A stretch of 64,000 nt of DNA from Schizochytrium sp. TIO01 (taxonomy: Eukaryota; Protista; Bigyra: Labyrinthulomycetes). Under the pieces are notes generated by a model. That model was not told the DNA's origin. It did not search any database and saw only the letters and a program-made list of their open reading frames with translations. Both the position numbers and the translations under genes were made by a program. Positions 30,571 to 42,211 of this stretch are shown here, piece after piece. Within the stretch, counting starts at the first letter, position 1. Each line of letters begins with the position of its first letter. The stretch covers positions 2,890,747 to 2,954,746 of the forward strand of contig SMSO01000037.1 of NCBI GenBank assembly GCA_004764695.1, written 5' to 3'.

Positions 30571-32438
30571 ACTCCCTTAGTGTAAGGCACCCTTTCACGC
30601 AAGAGGGCCTTACTTAGAGTATCAGCGTCTTTAAGATGTGTGTTTGAGGTTTGCTGTTAGGCACCCTGGTTTCTGTTTTGCGCGGGCGCCCATTCAGCAA
30701 CGCCGGTTATCCAAGATGGTTCCTTTTTACATCATAAAAAAAAAACACTGAATAAAAGCAGCAGCAAAGTAAAACATAAAAACATCCAAAAAAAACACTA
30801 AACGGAAAGAGAAAAAGAAGAAAAGGAAGAAGAAAGGGGAGCGCCTTCAAGAATCGGAACATCTTGGTACGCACTGAGAGTGTTTCCTGCAAACCCTAAA
30901 GTCTCTATCATATTCAAGTCAGTTGAAATCATCATCATTTATCCTTCAGTTTGCTTCTTTGTTTGCGCTGCCATTCAGTCCACGCTTGTGTCGAGGTGTC
31001 CCCATAAAATCGTTTCTCCAACAATCTTCCCTTCTTTTTATTTATATCTTTCTTCGCCAACTTCTTTCCCATAACTAATCACCCCTCACAACTACTCGCA
31101 GGAGAAAGAAGAAAAGTCAAAAGTCCTACGCCAACGAGTTCCTCCGCTGTCGAGTAAAGAAATTGAAATCAACCCAAGACGGCTTTTAACCAGTCTTGCA
31201 AACGAAGTGCGTACCCTTATTCAAAACCAGTGCCTCTGGGGCGTTTACTCATTCTCTGCCTTTGATTCCGTGATCAGCCCTTCCGCTTAGAGAGTCTGCA
31301 AGTGAAAGTTCTTTCCACACCTCGCACTCAAAGCCCAACCTGCTCTCTTTACCCTTTGCTTAGCAAACGAAGCTAATAAGTGGCTATCTAGAAGTCAATT
31401 AATTGTCCCCGTCGAACGTGGGCTCTCTTTTTCTCTCTTTCTCTCTAAACTTCATTAAAACTAAAAACGAAAAAAACAAATGAAGAAGGAGCTAGTCAGT
31501 TATCTTTAAACAGCAGAGTGGTCGCACAGGGTACCCAGGTTGTTCATCGATTTACGCTGTTATAAATAGCTTCAAGTTCTGGTAAACACTAACACTCAAG
31601 CCAAAAGAATCCCACGAGGCCTGAGAGCCCTACCTACTATCAGATCATGATCGTGAGTGGATAAGTAAATGCCGAAGGATCGAGAGAAAACTTTTCAGTC
31701 GTCTGTTGGAGAGTAGGAAAGTAGACGTTTAAAATAACTTGGAAGCTTGCAGAGCCCTGCACGATCTTCTTAGTACCTATCTTCCTCTTACTGTCGATTC
31801 TCGCAGCTAATGTTGATGCATCTTTTTTGTCAATACATACCCTATATGGACCAATAATGCTTTTTACTCCAACACCGAACAAGTAAACGAAGATTATGTA
31901 CATATAGGCCTTTATAAGCGCGTATAAACGCCCGTATGATAGTACTCTAGCCATCTACGAATCGGGAGTGGAGCAGGCGTCAAAACCTTGATCAAGCCGG
32001 CGTTTCTGTATTCGCAATGTCTGTTTTTACGCACGTTTGGTACACATTCTACGGAGTTGGGTGTTTTCCCTCATCGTTTGAGTTCCACGCGGAAAAAGGG
32101 TACTCATACACCTTAAGTTAACTTGCCATAATAAGCAGCTATTTCGTATGCCTCAGAGGGTCTGGAAAGAGAAGAAGTTGGATGGAATTGAGTGGCTACT
32201 AGGCCGTCTGTTAGGCGCGCGAAGGCGTCAAAAGCGAGCTTTTCTTGAAACAAAGAGGTTTTTGAGACGCACTCGTCGAAACTAAAGCTTTGGAGCCGTG
32301 ACTAAATTGGCTCATTCCTTTAAGGCTCACAGTGGTCGAGGTGTTTGTTTGCTCATCGCTATCTTCGAATTCCGATTACTGTGCAGAAATATCAGAAACA
32401 TCAACGCTGATAGGTCGAGAACGGAGAATGGTGTTCCT

Positions 32439-32439
<1 letters not shown>

Positions 32440-32476
<37 letters not shown>
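32440..32476. repeat. Poly(T) tract (~37 nt)
   Basis: Seen directly. Confidence 0.9.
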
Positions 32477-32481
<5 letters not shown>

Positions 32482-32813
32482 TTTTAACACTTTTAAAAAA
32501 TATTTGTTTTTAATTTTATTTTCAAATTTTCATTTTATTTTCAAAATAATAAGACCACGCCACCCAACGCAACTACCATAATTTGGGTCTTAGTGAATGT
32601 GATAGCAAATGCACACAATGAGAATAAGCGAGAGCAACCTTCAAAAGCTTTGACTCTATTTTATGAACACTTTCGATAAGAAATATTTTAAAGCCCTGTG
32701 GAGTCTACTACGACTGAAAAGTCTTACAAATAGTCACTCCCGGAAAACATCTATCGGAAGATAAATAGACTAAAAGCAATATCTCATAGGTAGATAGGTA
32801 GGTAGGTAGGTAG

Positions 32814-32969
32814 GTACCTATTAAAACTCTATTATTTGATGCATGCTTTAGAAATGATTGTTCTCTGAAAATATATCGAAAATAGAAGAATGTACCTATT
32901 AAAACTCTATTATTTGATGCATGCTTTAGAAATGATTGTTCTCTGAAAATATATTGAAAATAGAAGAAT
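32814..32969. repeat. 78-bp tandem duplication (2 copies, 1 mismatch) adjoining a (TAGG)n microsatellite
   Basis: GTACCTATTAAAACTCT...AATAGAAGAAT at 32814-32891 and 32892-32969. Confidence 0.95.
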
Positions 32970-32999
32970 AGCAGCGACGACTCACGTGAATGTGAAGCT

Positions 33000-33842
33000 A
33001 CCCATGTAGGTGCTTCCGAATTTATATCTAACTACGAATACTGAGAGAGCACGTTGGAGGAGGTGCTTTTGAGAATTAATTATCTGTACGGTTCTTTAAA
33101 GTAAGGTACCTGAGCGTGTGAATTCTAACTCCATAGTGTACTCTTCTGCACAAACTCCCTGGCTGTAGGGAGTTCGATCGTGCCAAGTTGCAGCCACCCG
33201 TGTTCTGCCAATCTCTAGGCGGTTCTTCCTTGCTCCTGGGCAGTTTTATCCAAATTGGAAACGCTTCCGGCCTGGCGTGCTCTCGCATTTCAGAGTAATG
33301 GGACTGCCCCGATCAGCATCCATCCAAGCATACAAATTTCGGCTGTGCAGAACTACGCACTACAGATTTATCGATGCCTTTGCAGCTCAAGAGGCAGCCA
33401 ATATGCTCGAATTTGAGACTGGATGGTTTCCCCGCGTAATCTGTTTTTCTTTTTGATACGAAATGGCCATTAGGTGAGAAGACTAATGCCCACCTCCGCT
33501 CATTATGAAGCGTAGCCCAACAAAGGCTTTTCGTCCGTCTTCACAACCAGCCTGAGGGGCATCGCAGTGCTGTGTACAGAGCTGGTTAACTAAGAAAACT
33601 TCGGCTCTTAGCAAGTCTGGGCTAAACTGAACAGTATCGAAGCTGGATAGATCGAGGTACGCGGAAGCTCGATAGATAGGCAGTGAAGTAGAAACAGGAA
33701 CCTGAAACAGATCGATGCCGAGAGGATCTCGGAGAAAGAAAATAATCGAATGAGCTATTTTGATGGCTGTAGAAATCCCAAACAAAGCAATATCGGTTTG
33801 GGCAGTTTTGAAAATCTTACACACTCTCGTTACCGCCGCCAC
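33000..33842 (-). pseudogene. Possible decayed Cys-containing LRR (FBXL-like) coding relic
   Basis: Collinear minus-strand fragments broken by stops: LDLSSFDTVQF, LKFEHIGCLLSCKGIDKSVV...KFVCLDGC, IHTLRYLTLKN. Confidence 0.25.
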
Positions 33843-33909
33843 GATACTATCTTAGCTCTCACAGTCCTTAAATTGTTTTCAGGAATACACCACCTCTCTC
33901 CTATTAATC

Positions 33910-33911
<2 letters not shown>

Positions 33912-33945
<34 letters not shown>

Positions 33946-34030
33946 TATACACATGTTTAAATAAGTGGGTATAAAATAGGACAGGAGGAATCTATTCAAT
34001 GAAATAATAATAATAATAATAATAATAATA
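33912..34030. repeat. Poly(T) tract and (TAA)n microsatellite
   Basis: Seen directly. Confidence 0.85.
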
Positions 34031-36152
34031 CAAAGAGTAAACGATGATTAACTAGGTAGTACACTAATATAGTGTGGTAAAGGGAGGAATATTTTCTTTT
34101 TAAAGTTTAAAATTAAAAAATGAGCATCACTAAATCCGAGCATTGCGATTTTGTTTTCTGACGGGATAAGGAACCCCTCTGATTCCGAATGGTTGTGCAT
34201 AGTTCTTCTACAAACTTTGCTAGTTGTAGCAGCTGATGTGACTTCAGGAAATCATGGTATTGTGGAACAAGAAGAACTCAACTATGTCGCTTAGAAAAAG
34301 GAAGAAGTTTTCCATCTGAGACAAATAAAAATATTCTTTTCCCTAGATTTTTTATTTTTATTTTTATTACAGCATGGTCTTTTTACTCTCAGTCAGTAGT
34401 GATTGAAGGAAGTGAAATACATACCTAGGTGTGTAGGTAGATGAACTAACTAAATAAATAGTAAAATGAAAAATGCTTCCTCGGGAGACACTTGGCTAAT
34501 TCGTACACGAGCTATAAACCCAAGCACAGCCATCCAAATCATTGACATTGCACTTCTGCTCCACGTGCAAGGGTTCCAACTAGAAGCGTCCTGGCACGCG
34601 ATTGTGCAGGCGAAATCCTCTGTTGTGATGTCCAGAGTCAATAGTACCAAATTCCTTCTTGCGCAATTTTCTTGCACAGTGCACTCACTACTATCAAGCT
34701 TGTAAACTCCTAGGAATGAAATTGAATTTCGTAAGGATCATCTGCAAAGGTGTGAATAATTCTCAAATGAGCCACTTGCATTGGCTTGCATGAATGGCCG
34801 GGAGAGAACGTTTTAAGTATCTGCGCTAAACCAAAGTTCCCGGCCCAATGATTTAACTTCTTGGAAAGTCTTCTACTTCAAAAGACCGCGAAATAGATGA
34901 ACGCATTGAGCATGGCCGGGAAATACCGATTTAGGCGGAAGAAGGCAACTTACTCAAGAAATAGGGATGCTAGACCTGGCTGAATCAGAAAAAACAGAAA
35001 CATGTCCGACAAAGAACGTCTCAAGATGACATTAAGGCAAATAGTTGAACTATCCTATCGCAATGATCACAAGGTTTAGTCCAGCAAATAAGCTGATCAC
35101 ACTATTTCAAGTCTATATCATTTCTCAGAATTTTACGAACAAAATGAGCATAAGGCATGCATTACAGGAGTTGACCGAAATTTTTCAAGCTATCTCACAT
35201 GTATTCTGGATGAGCAACCTAGATGAAGCTTTCAATTAAAAAAAAGTTTGTGCCTTTATATAAATTGTTTGCGCAAGCCTGGTTTTCTGAAGACAAATTT
35301 CTTATCTTATTAATTTATTCTATATATTGTCAAATAAGGTATTATGTTAAATGACGATATACCTACATACCTACATGTTGAGAGATGTGCTACCAAGAGA
35401 TCTTGCAATATAGGATTGTTGGTTCTGTCCCAAAGGCCATGCCTTAAGCAACTAGTGCGAAACAAAATTAGCGCTTGGGAAAGATGGGATTATAATTATT
35501 TTGTGAAACAATAAAACACCCAGACGAACTCCTAACATGGGAATACAAGAAACATCTGCTCGGTCTTCGCATTCATGGCCCAGTCCTCAACTTCATTTAC
35601 AAGATCAGCACGCTAGTAGATCTCATAACGTAAATAACCTCGTATAGATTCTTCAAGCTGTCATCAACATTATGAAAAGGTGAATTCAAAAGGCTAATTC
35701 ATTCTATACATGTCTTAAACACAGTGGTGTTTAGGATTTGAGATTTGTCTCACGGTACTCATTTTATGTTATGGCGAATAATTCCTTTTTTATCGTCTCT
35801 AGCTTGATTCGTCAATTAGTTCATCCTGGATGACTTAAGCATAAGTCAAGTTACAACTACAGGTGCAAAACCGCAATTTTCTTCATCGCCTCAGTAAAAG
35901 GAATGCTTAGCATTATCACTGCACTCAAATCACTCCGGGTCAATGAGTGCATTTATGCTTTTGGCAAATGGATCCAGCCTTGGTTATGTGCCAGTACAAC
36001 GAGCAGGTGATAATCATGAAGGCGGTCAGAGGACCACTGAGTAAACATTTTTTTTTCTTCTTTGTTATGCTAATGCAGGTGGTTAAGAAAGACAAAACCA
36101 AGAGTCATGCATCTTTGTTTTTACTTCTTAAATAAATATGTAAAACGCGTAT

Positions 36153-37628
36153 CTAAAAGTCGTGTACAGTGGCACCTTCTTTTTGAATTTGGTTAATCAT
36201 CTTGGTAGTCTCCTTGATTTTATCTTTAGATAACGTGTGCCACAGATTACTCTTTTCGAAAGGGTCTTCCGTGATATTGAAAGCCTCCTTGCGGTTTATG
36301 ATGTATTTCATACTCTCTATACGGATCGCCATAACTCCTTTGTTATTTTCATATAGAAGGGGTTTCTCACGAGACAGCTGACAGTCACAGGTATCTGTAA
36401 ACACTTGAGCAAAACTAACACTGTCTGTGTGTTTGTTCAAATCATAGCTGCTTGTGTTCTTGCCACCTGTGATATCTAGCAAGGAAGCCATAATATCAAG
36501 TTGAGATATCGGCAGAGACACTGTACGGTTGGGATTGCTGATGCCATTCGGCCAGCGCATGAAGGTTGGTACTCGACTACCACCTTCGTACAAGCTGCGC
36601 TTGGATCCCCGAAAGTCACCGCGACCACGATAACCATATTTTTCCAGGTTGGAAACCAGGCCTTCTGGCCCGTTGTCAGAAGTCCAAATAAATAACGTAT
36701 CGTCCCCAATACCATGCAGATCGAGTCGATCAAGGAGCTGTCCAGCACGGTAGTCAAGTTCCTCCACCATGTCCGTCCAGCTTCCGAAGGAAGTGCGCCC
36801 CTTAAAGTCTGGGTGGGCAACGACCGGGTGATGCGGCGTCGTTGCAGCGAAATAAAGAAAGAAGTTCGTCTCGTAATTTCGATCGATAAAGTCCAAGGCA
36901 TGGTTTGTTAAATTCTCCATTACATAACTAATGTTGAAATTGGGAGCACATTCATAACGAGCTGATCCATAGGGCTTTTCACGTGGTTCGAGAAAGTCAT
37001 AGGTCTTTTGCTTCGGGTATGCGTTGATAACATCATGAACCCCAGTCTTCTTGGTCCAAAAATTAGCAGGTATAGGAGTTGTATCATTTTGAATGAATGT
37101 AAGAAAGCCATAGTTAAGCGATGCCATAAGCCCGTAGAACTCATCGAAACCTTTCTCAATCGGACCTCCCGTAATGGGTTCATCCCAATGCCGCTTACCA
37201 ACTTTACCCGGGATGTTAAGTCCAAGGTGCCATTTCCCTACCATTCCTGTTTTGTATCCAAGATTATCTCGAAGAAGAGTAGCAATTGTGGGCACATCAT
37301 TTTCGATGATTGATTTGGTATGGATGTTAGCTACACCGCCCCTTGGCCGCACCCGCGACGGGGTGCGGCCTGTCAGAATGCCGTAGCGGGAAGGGGTGCA
37401 AACTGAACAGGCGCTATGTGCATCGGTGAAGTTGAGGCCTTCGTCAGCAAGTCGGAGCATCGTGGGGGTCTGAATTAGACCTGGATTCAAACGTTCTTGA
37501 TCACCCCATCCTTGGTCATCCGTGTAAAAAATAACAATGTTAGGTAGCCGCTCATCGTTGGCGCCACTGGAAAATAACGTTCCCCACCCAAAGAGTAGGA
37601 CGGTTGCTAATGCGAGTGATCGAAACAT
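36153..37628 (-). CDS. Secreted formylglycine-dependent sulfatase (family S1), paralogue of 29071-30570
   Basis: ATG at 37628 followed by a signal peptide (MFRSLALATVLLFGWG). Motifs PNIVIFYTDDQGWGD, CTPSRYGILTG, GKWHLG, PHHP, WTSDNG, YEGGSRVP, NITEDPFEKSNL. Confidence 0.95.
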   Translation of the reverse strand: MFRSLALATVLLFGWGTLFSSGANDERLPNIVIFYTDDQGWGDQERLNPGLIQTPTMLRLADEGLNFTDAHSACSVCTPSRYGILTGRTPSRVRPRGGVANIHTKSIIENDVPTIATLLRDNLGYKTGMVGKWHLGLNIPGKVGKRHWDEPITGGPIEKGFDEFYGLMASLNYGFLTFIQNDTTPIPANFWTKKTGVHDVINAYPKQKTYDFLEPREKPYGSARYECAPNFNISYVMENLTNHALDFIDRNYETNFFLYFAATTPHHPVVAHPDFKGRTSFGSWTDMVEELDYRAGQLLDRLDLHGIGDDTLFIWTSDNGPEGLVSNLEKYGYRGRGDFRGSKRSLYEGGSRVPTFMRWPNGISNPNRTVSLPISQLDIMASLLDITGGKNTSSYDLNKHTDSVSFAQVFTDTCDCQLSREKPLLYENNKGVMAIRIESMKYIINRKEAFNITEDPFEKSNLWHTLSKDKIKETTKMINQIQKEGATVHDF

Positions 37629-37641
37629 GATGAATTGAGAT

Positions 37642-37804
37642 AATTCAAGGTATTTGGGGTTTGTTGAGCTCAGTATAGTGCTAATCAAAGCGAGGTCAGT
37701 ATGGAAGTCAATACGTTGAGAATCGTGACAATTCAAGGTATTTGGGGTCTGCTGAGCTCAGTATAGTGTCAATCAAAGCGAGGCTAGAGTATGGAAGTCA
37801 ATAC
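37642..37804. repeat. Imperfect tandem duplication (period ~88 bp) immediately upstream of the sulfatase ATG
   Basis: AATTCAAGGTATTTGGGGT..TGAGCTCAGTATAGTG..AATCAAAGCGAGG..AGTATGGAAGTCAATAC at 37642-37714 and 37730-37804. Confidence 0.9.
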
Positions 37805-39599
37805 AATGAATGTTTCTAGGAAGCGACTTATCATTAATCCTCTGTCCTATATGCTCAAATTCTCTTGGCTTTTCTAATGAGAGTGGGCGTCCCCACAACT
37901 GTAGTTTATCTTATAGTTGAGGTTCTATGATCTGATATTTATATGCTCTCGCTTTTTCTTATCCATTCACCCCTCGATAACATACATCATGATTTTTAAT
38001 CGAAACATGCTGTTGGTTGTCTGTCAATCATGACTGAATCTTGTGTTCAACCAGCAAACCAATTTTAGCACTAGTGCGTTGATGATGATTATTATTATGG
38101 AAAACCAACAACTTGCAAAACTTAAAAATCAAATATATATATATATTTTAAAAGTATCTTAATTATAAAGTTTTTCTTATTTCATTTAAAATAAAAATAA
38201 TGGCATCACTTCCAAGCAAGCTCCACTTTTCTCACTATATTTTCTAAGCTGTCAGTCTGTGGTGGTCGCGTTGATCTTTGAAATGGGAAGACGCAGGTGC
38301 ATGTAATCCTGGAAGCAGAAGCCGGAACTACTCCTATAAAATATTGTCTTCCATTTTTGAAATCAAAGTGAGGTTCTCAAAGGATTCTCTTTCCAGGAAA
38401 CATCATTCCTTCAATTATTTTTACCTTTGTTGGCGGCAGCAAAGAGCAATTCCCGTCAAAGTCTCTTTCTTTTTCATTGCTGTTTTCATTACATGCAGCT
38501 TCCACTCTTTTAAAAATTTATGGCCAGCTCACTTTCACTTAAACTTTAGTTCAGTTTTCATGGCCCCGAGGGATCTGTTTCTATTTATTTATTGTAAAAT
38601 AAATATTAAGAATGCTGTACATCCTGAGACAATGTTTAGATCATGTCTCGCTTCGATTATTGCACTCACTCGTGTCCATGTGCTAGGCAAGTTATCATTT
38701 TAGAAATTGAACTTCAATGAAATCTTCGTAAATAAATTTATTTTAAGAGAGGTCTCACTCAGTATTAAAAAAATAAACTAAAACTAATAAAGATAAATAA
38801 AATAGTACTAATACTGCAGGAGCGTCTCCAAAGGACCAGTTATCCACTTTTCAGGGCCATGAGAGCGTTTTGCTCTTATTCGAACTTTTCTTCAGATGAA
38901 CGCACATAGTAAGTACCTTACCTCCATAGTAGCATTGAATTCTCATTAGCACATTTTCCAGCTCAAAAAATTGGATTAAGTGCTTAGTAGCATCAAATTC
39001 TCATTAGCACATCTTCCACGCTAACTCGTCTTTTTTTGGGGGGGGCAAAGCATAAGAGAAAACATACGAGAGAACAAGCAAAAATCTAGGGCCAAAGTCT
39101 CCGTCTTTCCCTCCAAAAATTGTTGTGTAAGGCGAGTTTTCTGATACTCGTTCTCTGAGATTTATGGATGCACTAAGCTTTACTAAGAGTTTAAATTCAG
39201 AACTATTTCTGACAGGTTCTCACTGATTTTTAATTGAAACCAAGAGTGCACAGAGTCATCTACTTCTCCGCAAAAGGCGTATAGAGTATTTTTCAAGAAT
39301 AGAATATCGTTCGACAGATCACTGCAGCTATAGATTTATTAGTAAAGTTAATTGAAATAGAACTCGATGGCTTCATTGAACGATCACGTATTTGAGTAAA
39401 TAAAGAGGTCCAATTATCCAGTTGAAATCATCACGCTTTTAAAAAGCACTGCTCCAGAATGTTCAATTACCTGCTAAACGGCCCTCAGGTACTTTCAAAC
39501 GCGATCTTTACTTCTTCAGGAAAAAATGCTTTTGCCAGCACAACAAAAAGTTGAATTTCTTTGTATTATTTGCTGCTTATATCTCAAGTTGTACAAGAG

Positions 39600-42211
39600 T
39601 AAAACGATAAAAGAAAAGGAATGCCTGCATAGTAAAAATAAAGAAGAAAACATTTTGCACCATCCCAACCAATGCCTATCAGGCCTATATCTGATAGGAA
39701 GCTACCCGCGAGATTTTTTGATAGCACCTTGTTACCGTCCCGTTTTGCACGAACTGAATGTTTTATCGGACGTCAGTGAGAATGTTATCCTTTCTTTAAG
39801 TTTTGAATGCACTGTGCCTGTGCGTACATTGCCACCCTGCGGCGAATGAAGAAGTCTTCTCTTTAATTGCACTCATACATATAACATGTTGCGAACCTAT
39901 TGAGGAGGTAAATGATAGATAATTATCCGGTCGAACCCTAGCTTGCAGTCAATGGCTCACGATTGGCTTACCTTACGATGCTATTGTGTTTAAGCAGAAC
40001 CATGATCTAGGCAAATCCAGCGCCCTACATTGAGAGCTTCGACGTTATTATTCAAAACATGATTGCGGCCATTACTAAAGATTGTCTAGCAATGATTGCT
40101 TGTTGTATTATTCACATAGTATGAAGAAAAGATGGGATCTGTGCAAAAGTTAACAGACTGATCCTTCATATTGGTACAGCATTGATGGATACTTGCGAAA
40201 CCACATCATATGGCCCAGTGCGCTCACAAAGTCTTACAAGAAGATTCTTGACAGAGACTTCCATGCTCGCTGCTTTTCTGTTCACCCCCACATAGATTAA
40301 GAACATCTTACAGTAGACTCAAATCGATAACATCACGTGAGTAATCTGTCCAGCTTGCTGACATTCCGAAATCAAGAACTTTGATCGTAGGTGGAAAAAT
40401 GGATGAAACATCTGACAAAGGCAAGATGTTATTTCCTCCCACACAAACGGGAGTATCAAACTCCATGCTTTCTAAATTGATGTAAAGTTCTTCGGCATCA
40501 CGAATAATATAAGCCACCAACATACTCTGTAAATTCAAGGTCGTCAATATAGCGTTCTTCATTGCGAGAAAGTACACTCTTGTTTGAGGCCGATAGCTCT
40601 ACATTTTCACATCTTTGCGTTTGCAGGAGACTTGGTCTCATCTTTTCCGTCAAAGTTTTACTTGCGTTTGCCCCCCTCCGCCCCCCTCCGGCCCCCTCCG
40701 GGAGGAAAACGCTTCATAAGACCAAAATTTTTTGAAAAGCCTAAGCTGCACTAGGCTATACCCCAAATGACTACTCTACAAAGTGTTTTTGCTGAGATTT
40801 CCAATCGAAGGAACTAGTGGATGAGACATTGCTAAAGTTCTTGGTGTCCCCCTTTTTTTTCTTCTGTAAAGACCTCGTATAGGGCTTACACTAGAACAGA
40901 ACCAGACAACCAGACTTGCGTGGCTACCAGAGTCAAGAACCGAAAGTGTGACTATGCATAATCTAGATCCAAGTATGGTGTAACCTGAATTGATATTGGA
41001 AGAGATTGAATTAATCTGGCCCTATCAAGTATCTCTAACTCCGTTCAAGAGTGTCTTAGCCTCCTAGTTACATGAATCAGTCTGCCCCGGAATTCATTTC
41101 CAGGACAGCAGCTGTCATCTTAACAACAATTATCTGAAGCCTTCCTCAAGGCTCTTGCCTTCATCTTTGCAATCGACCTCCAGTTGACCACACTCCTCTT
41201 TCAGTAGGTGTTTCGCATCTGGTGGATAGTCAGAATGAACCTGCTTGGTCACGATTCTGTTTCTGGAAATGGGTCAGGACTATATAAATCAATCAAACTT
41301 TTTATAAGTTAGCATGAAGGGAGGATAACGAAGACAGAGGAATCAGTAGACCTGACAAGGAATAGCATCCATGCTGAAATTAAGTACAGAGGCGGGAAGT
41401 AGTGCAATCCTGGATAGCTAGAAGTAGTTAAAAAGCTGGCAGTATCTTCTCAAAACACGCTTAGCTTGCCTCTGCCTATTCCGGTGGCTTGACTGAAATT
41501 CACAAAGTACAAAGTTATGGAAGGGCCAAGAACAATGGCGAAATTCTAAGACATTACGACGTTCTGAAGGACGAGGTTTGGAAATGAGGGAAGTATACAC
41601 GTCTTGGGATTATGAACTGACATTTTATTCCATTGTATCCTCTCAATTTCAGTTTCTTCAAGTGTATTATCCTCCCAATAAGTAAGGTACATCATCCTTA
41701 GTATTTTCTCATTTTCGATTCCGTGTTCAATTGCACGAACTTACTAGATCGACGAGAGCTTGTACTTGTAGCGAAAAACTTTACACATTAATGGTCTCCA
41801 AGCCCATCATGTTGCCAAGGAGGTAGATCGTTCGTCTTACTAGCTACTAGGCCCTATCATAGGGTGGAAGTACTGCTGTTAGTCAGTTTGCTTTAGCCTG
41901 CGAGCTTTCTAAGGATAGCGATGACCAGCTCGGAGCCCATCTCGGCCCTAAACCTTAGCTACACAATGAACTAGCCAGCACTACTTACCTCAATGTTCTT
42001 ACTACTTTGATTCAGATTGTCAAGCGGCAAGTGAAAGGTACAGTGATAACATAGAACTAATCCTCTGTGACTCCGGGAGCAAAGACTCCTGCTGCTGCTG
42101 CTGCTGTCGCACGCCATCATGGTACACTCGACTGCCATGGGCCTCAAGTTTGGCCACGATCTCATTCGTTAGATCCAGTTCCCGGAACTTCGGATGGACC
42201 GTACCTGACAT
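39600..42211 (-). pseudogene. Possible decayed protein-coding gene (LRR-like fragments)
   Basis: A chain of short minus-strand ORFs with protein-like composition: MSGTVHPKFRELDLTNEIVAKLEAHG, PPDAKHLLKEECGQLEVD, ILTTLNLQSM...FPPTIKVLDFG...VIDLSLL. Confidence 0.3.

Noticed and set aside
32423-33901. Imperfect inverted match (GGAGA..TGGTGT.TTCCTG) as transposon TIRs
   Set aside because: Short and gapped, does not extend, and has no target-site duplication or transposase.
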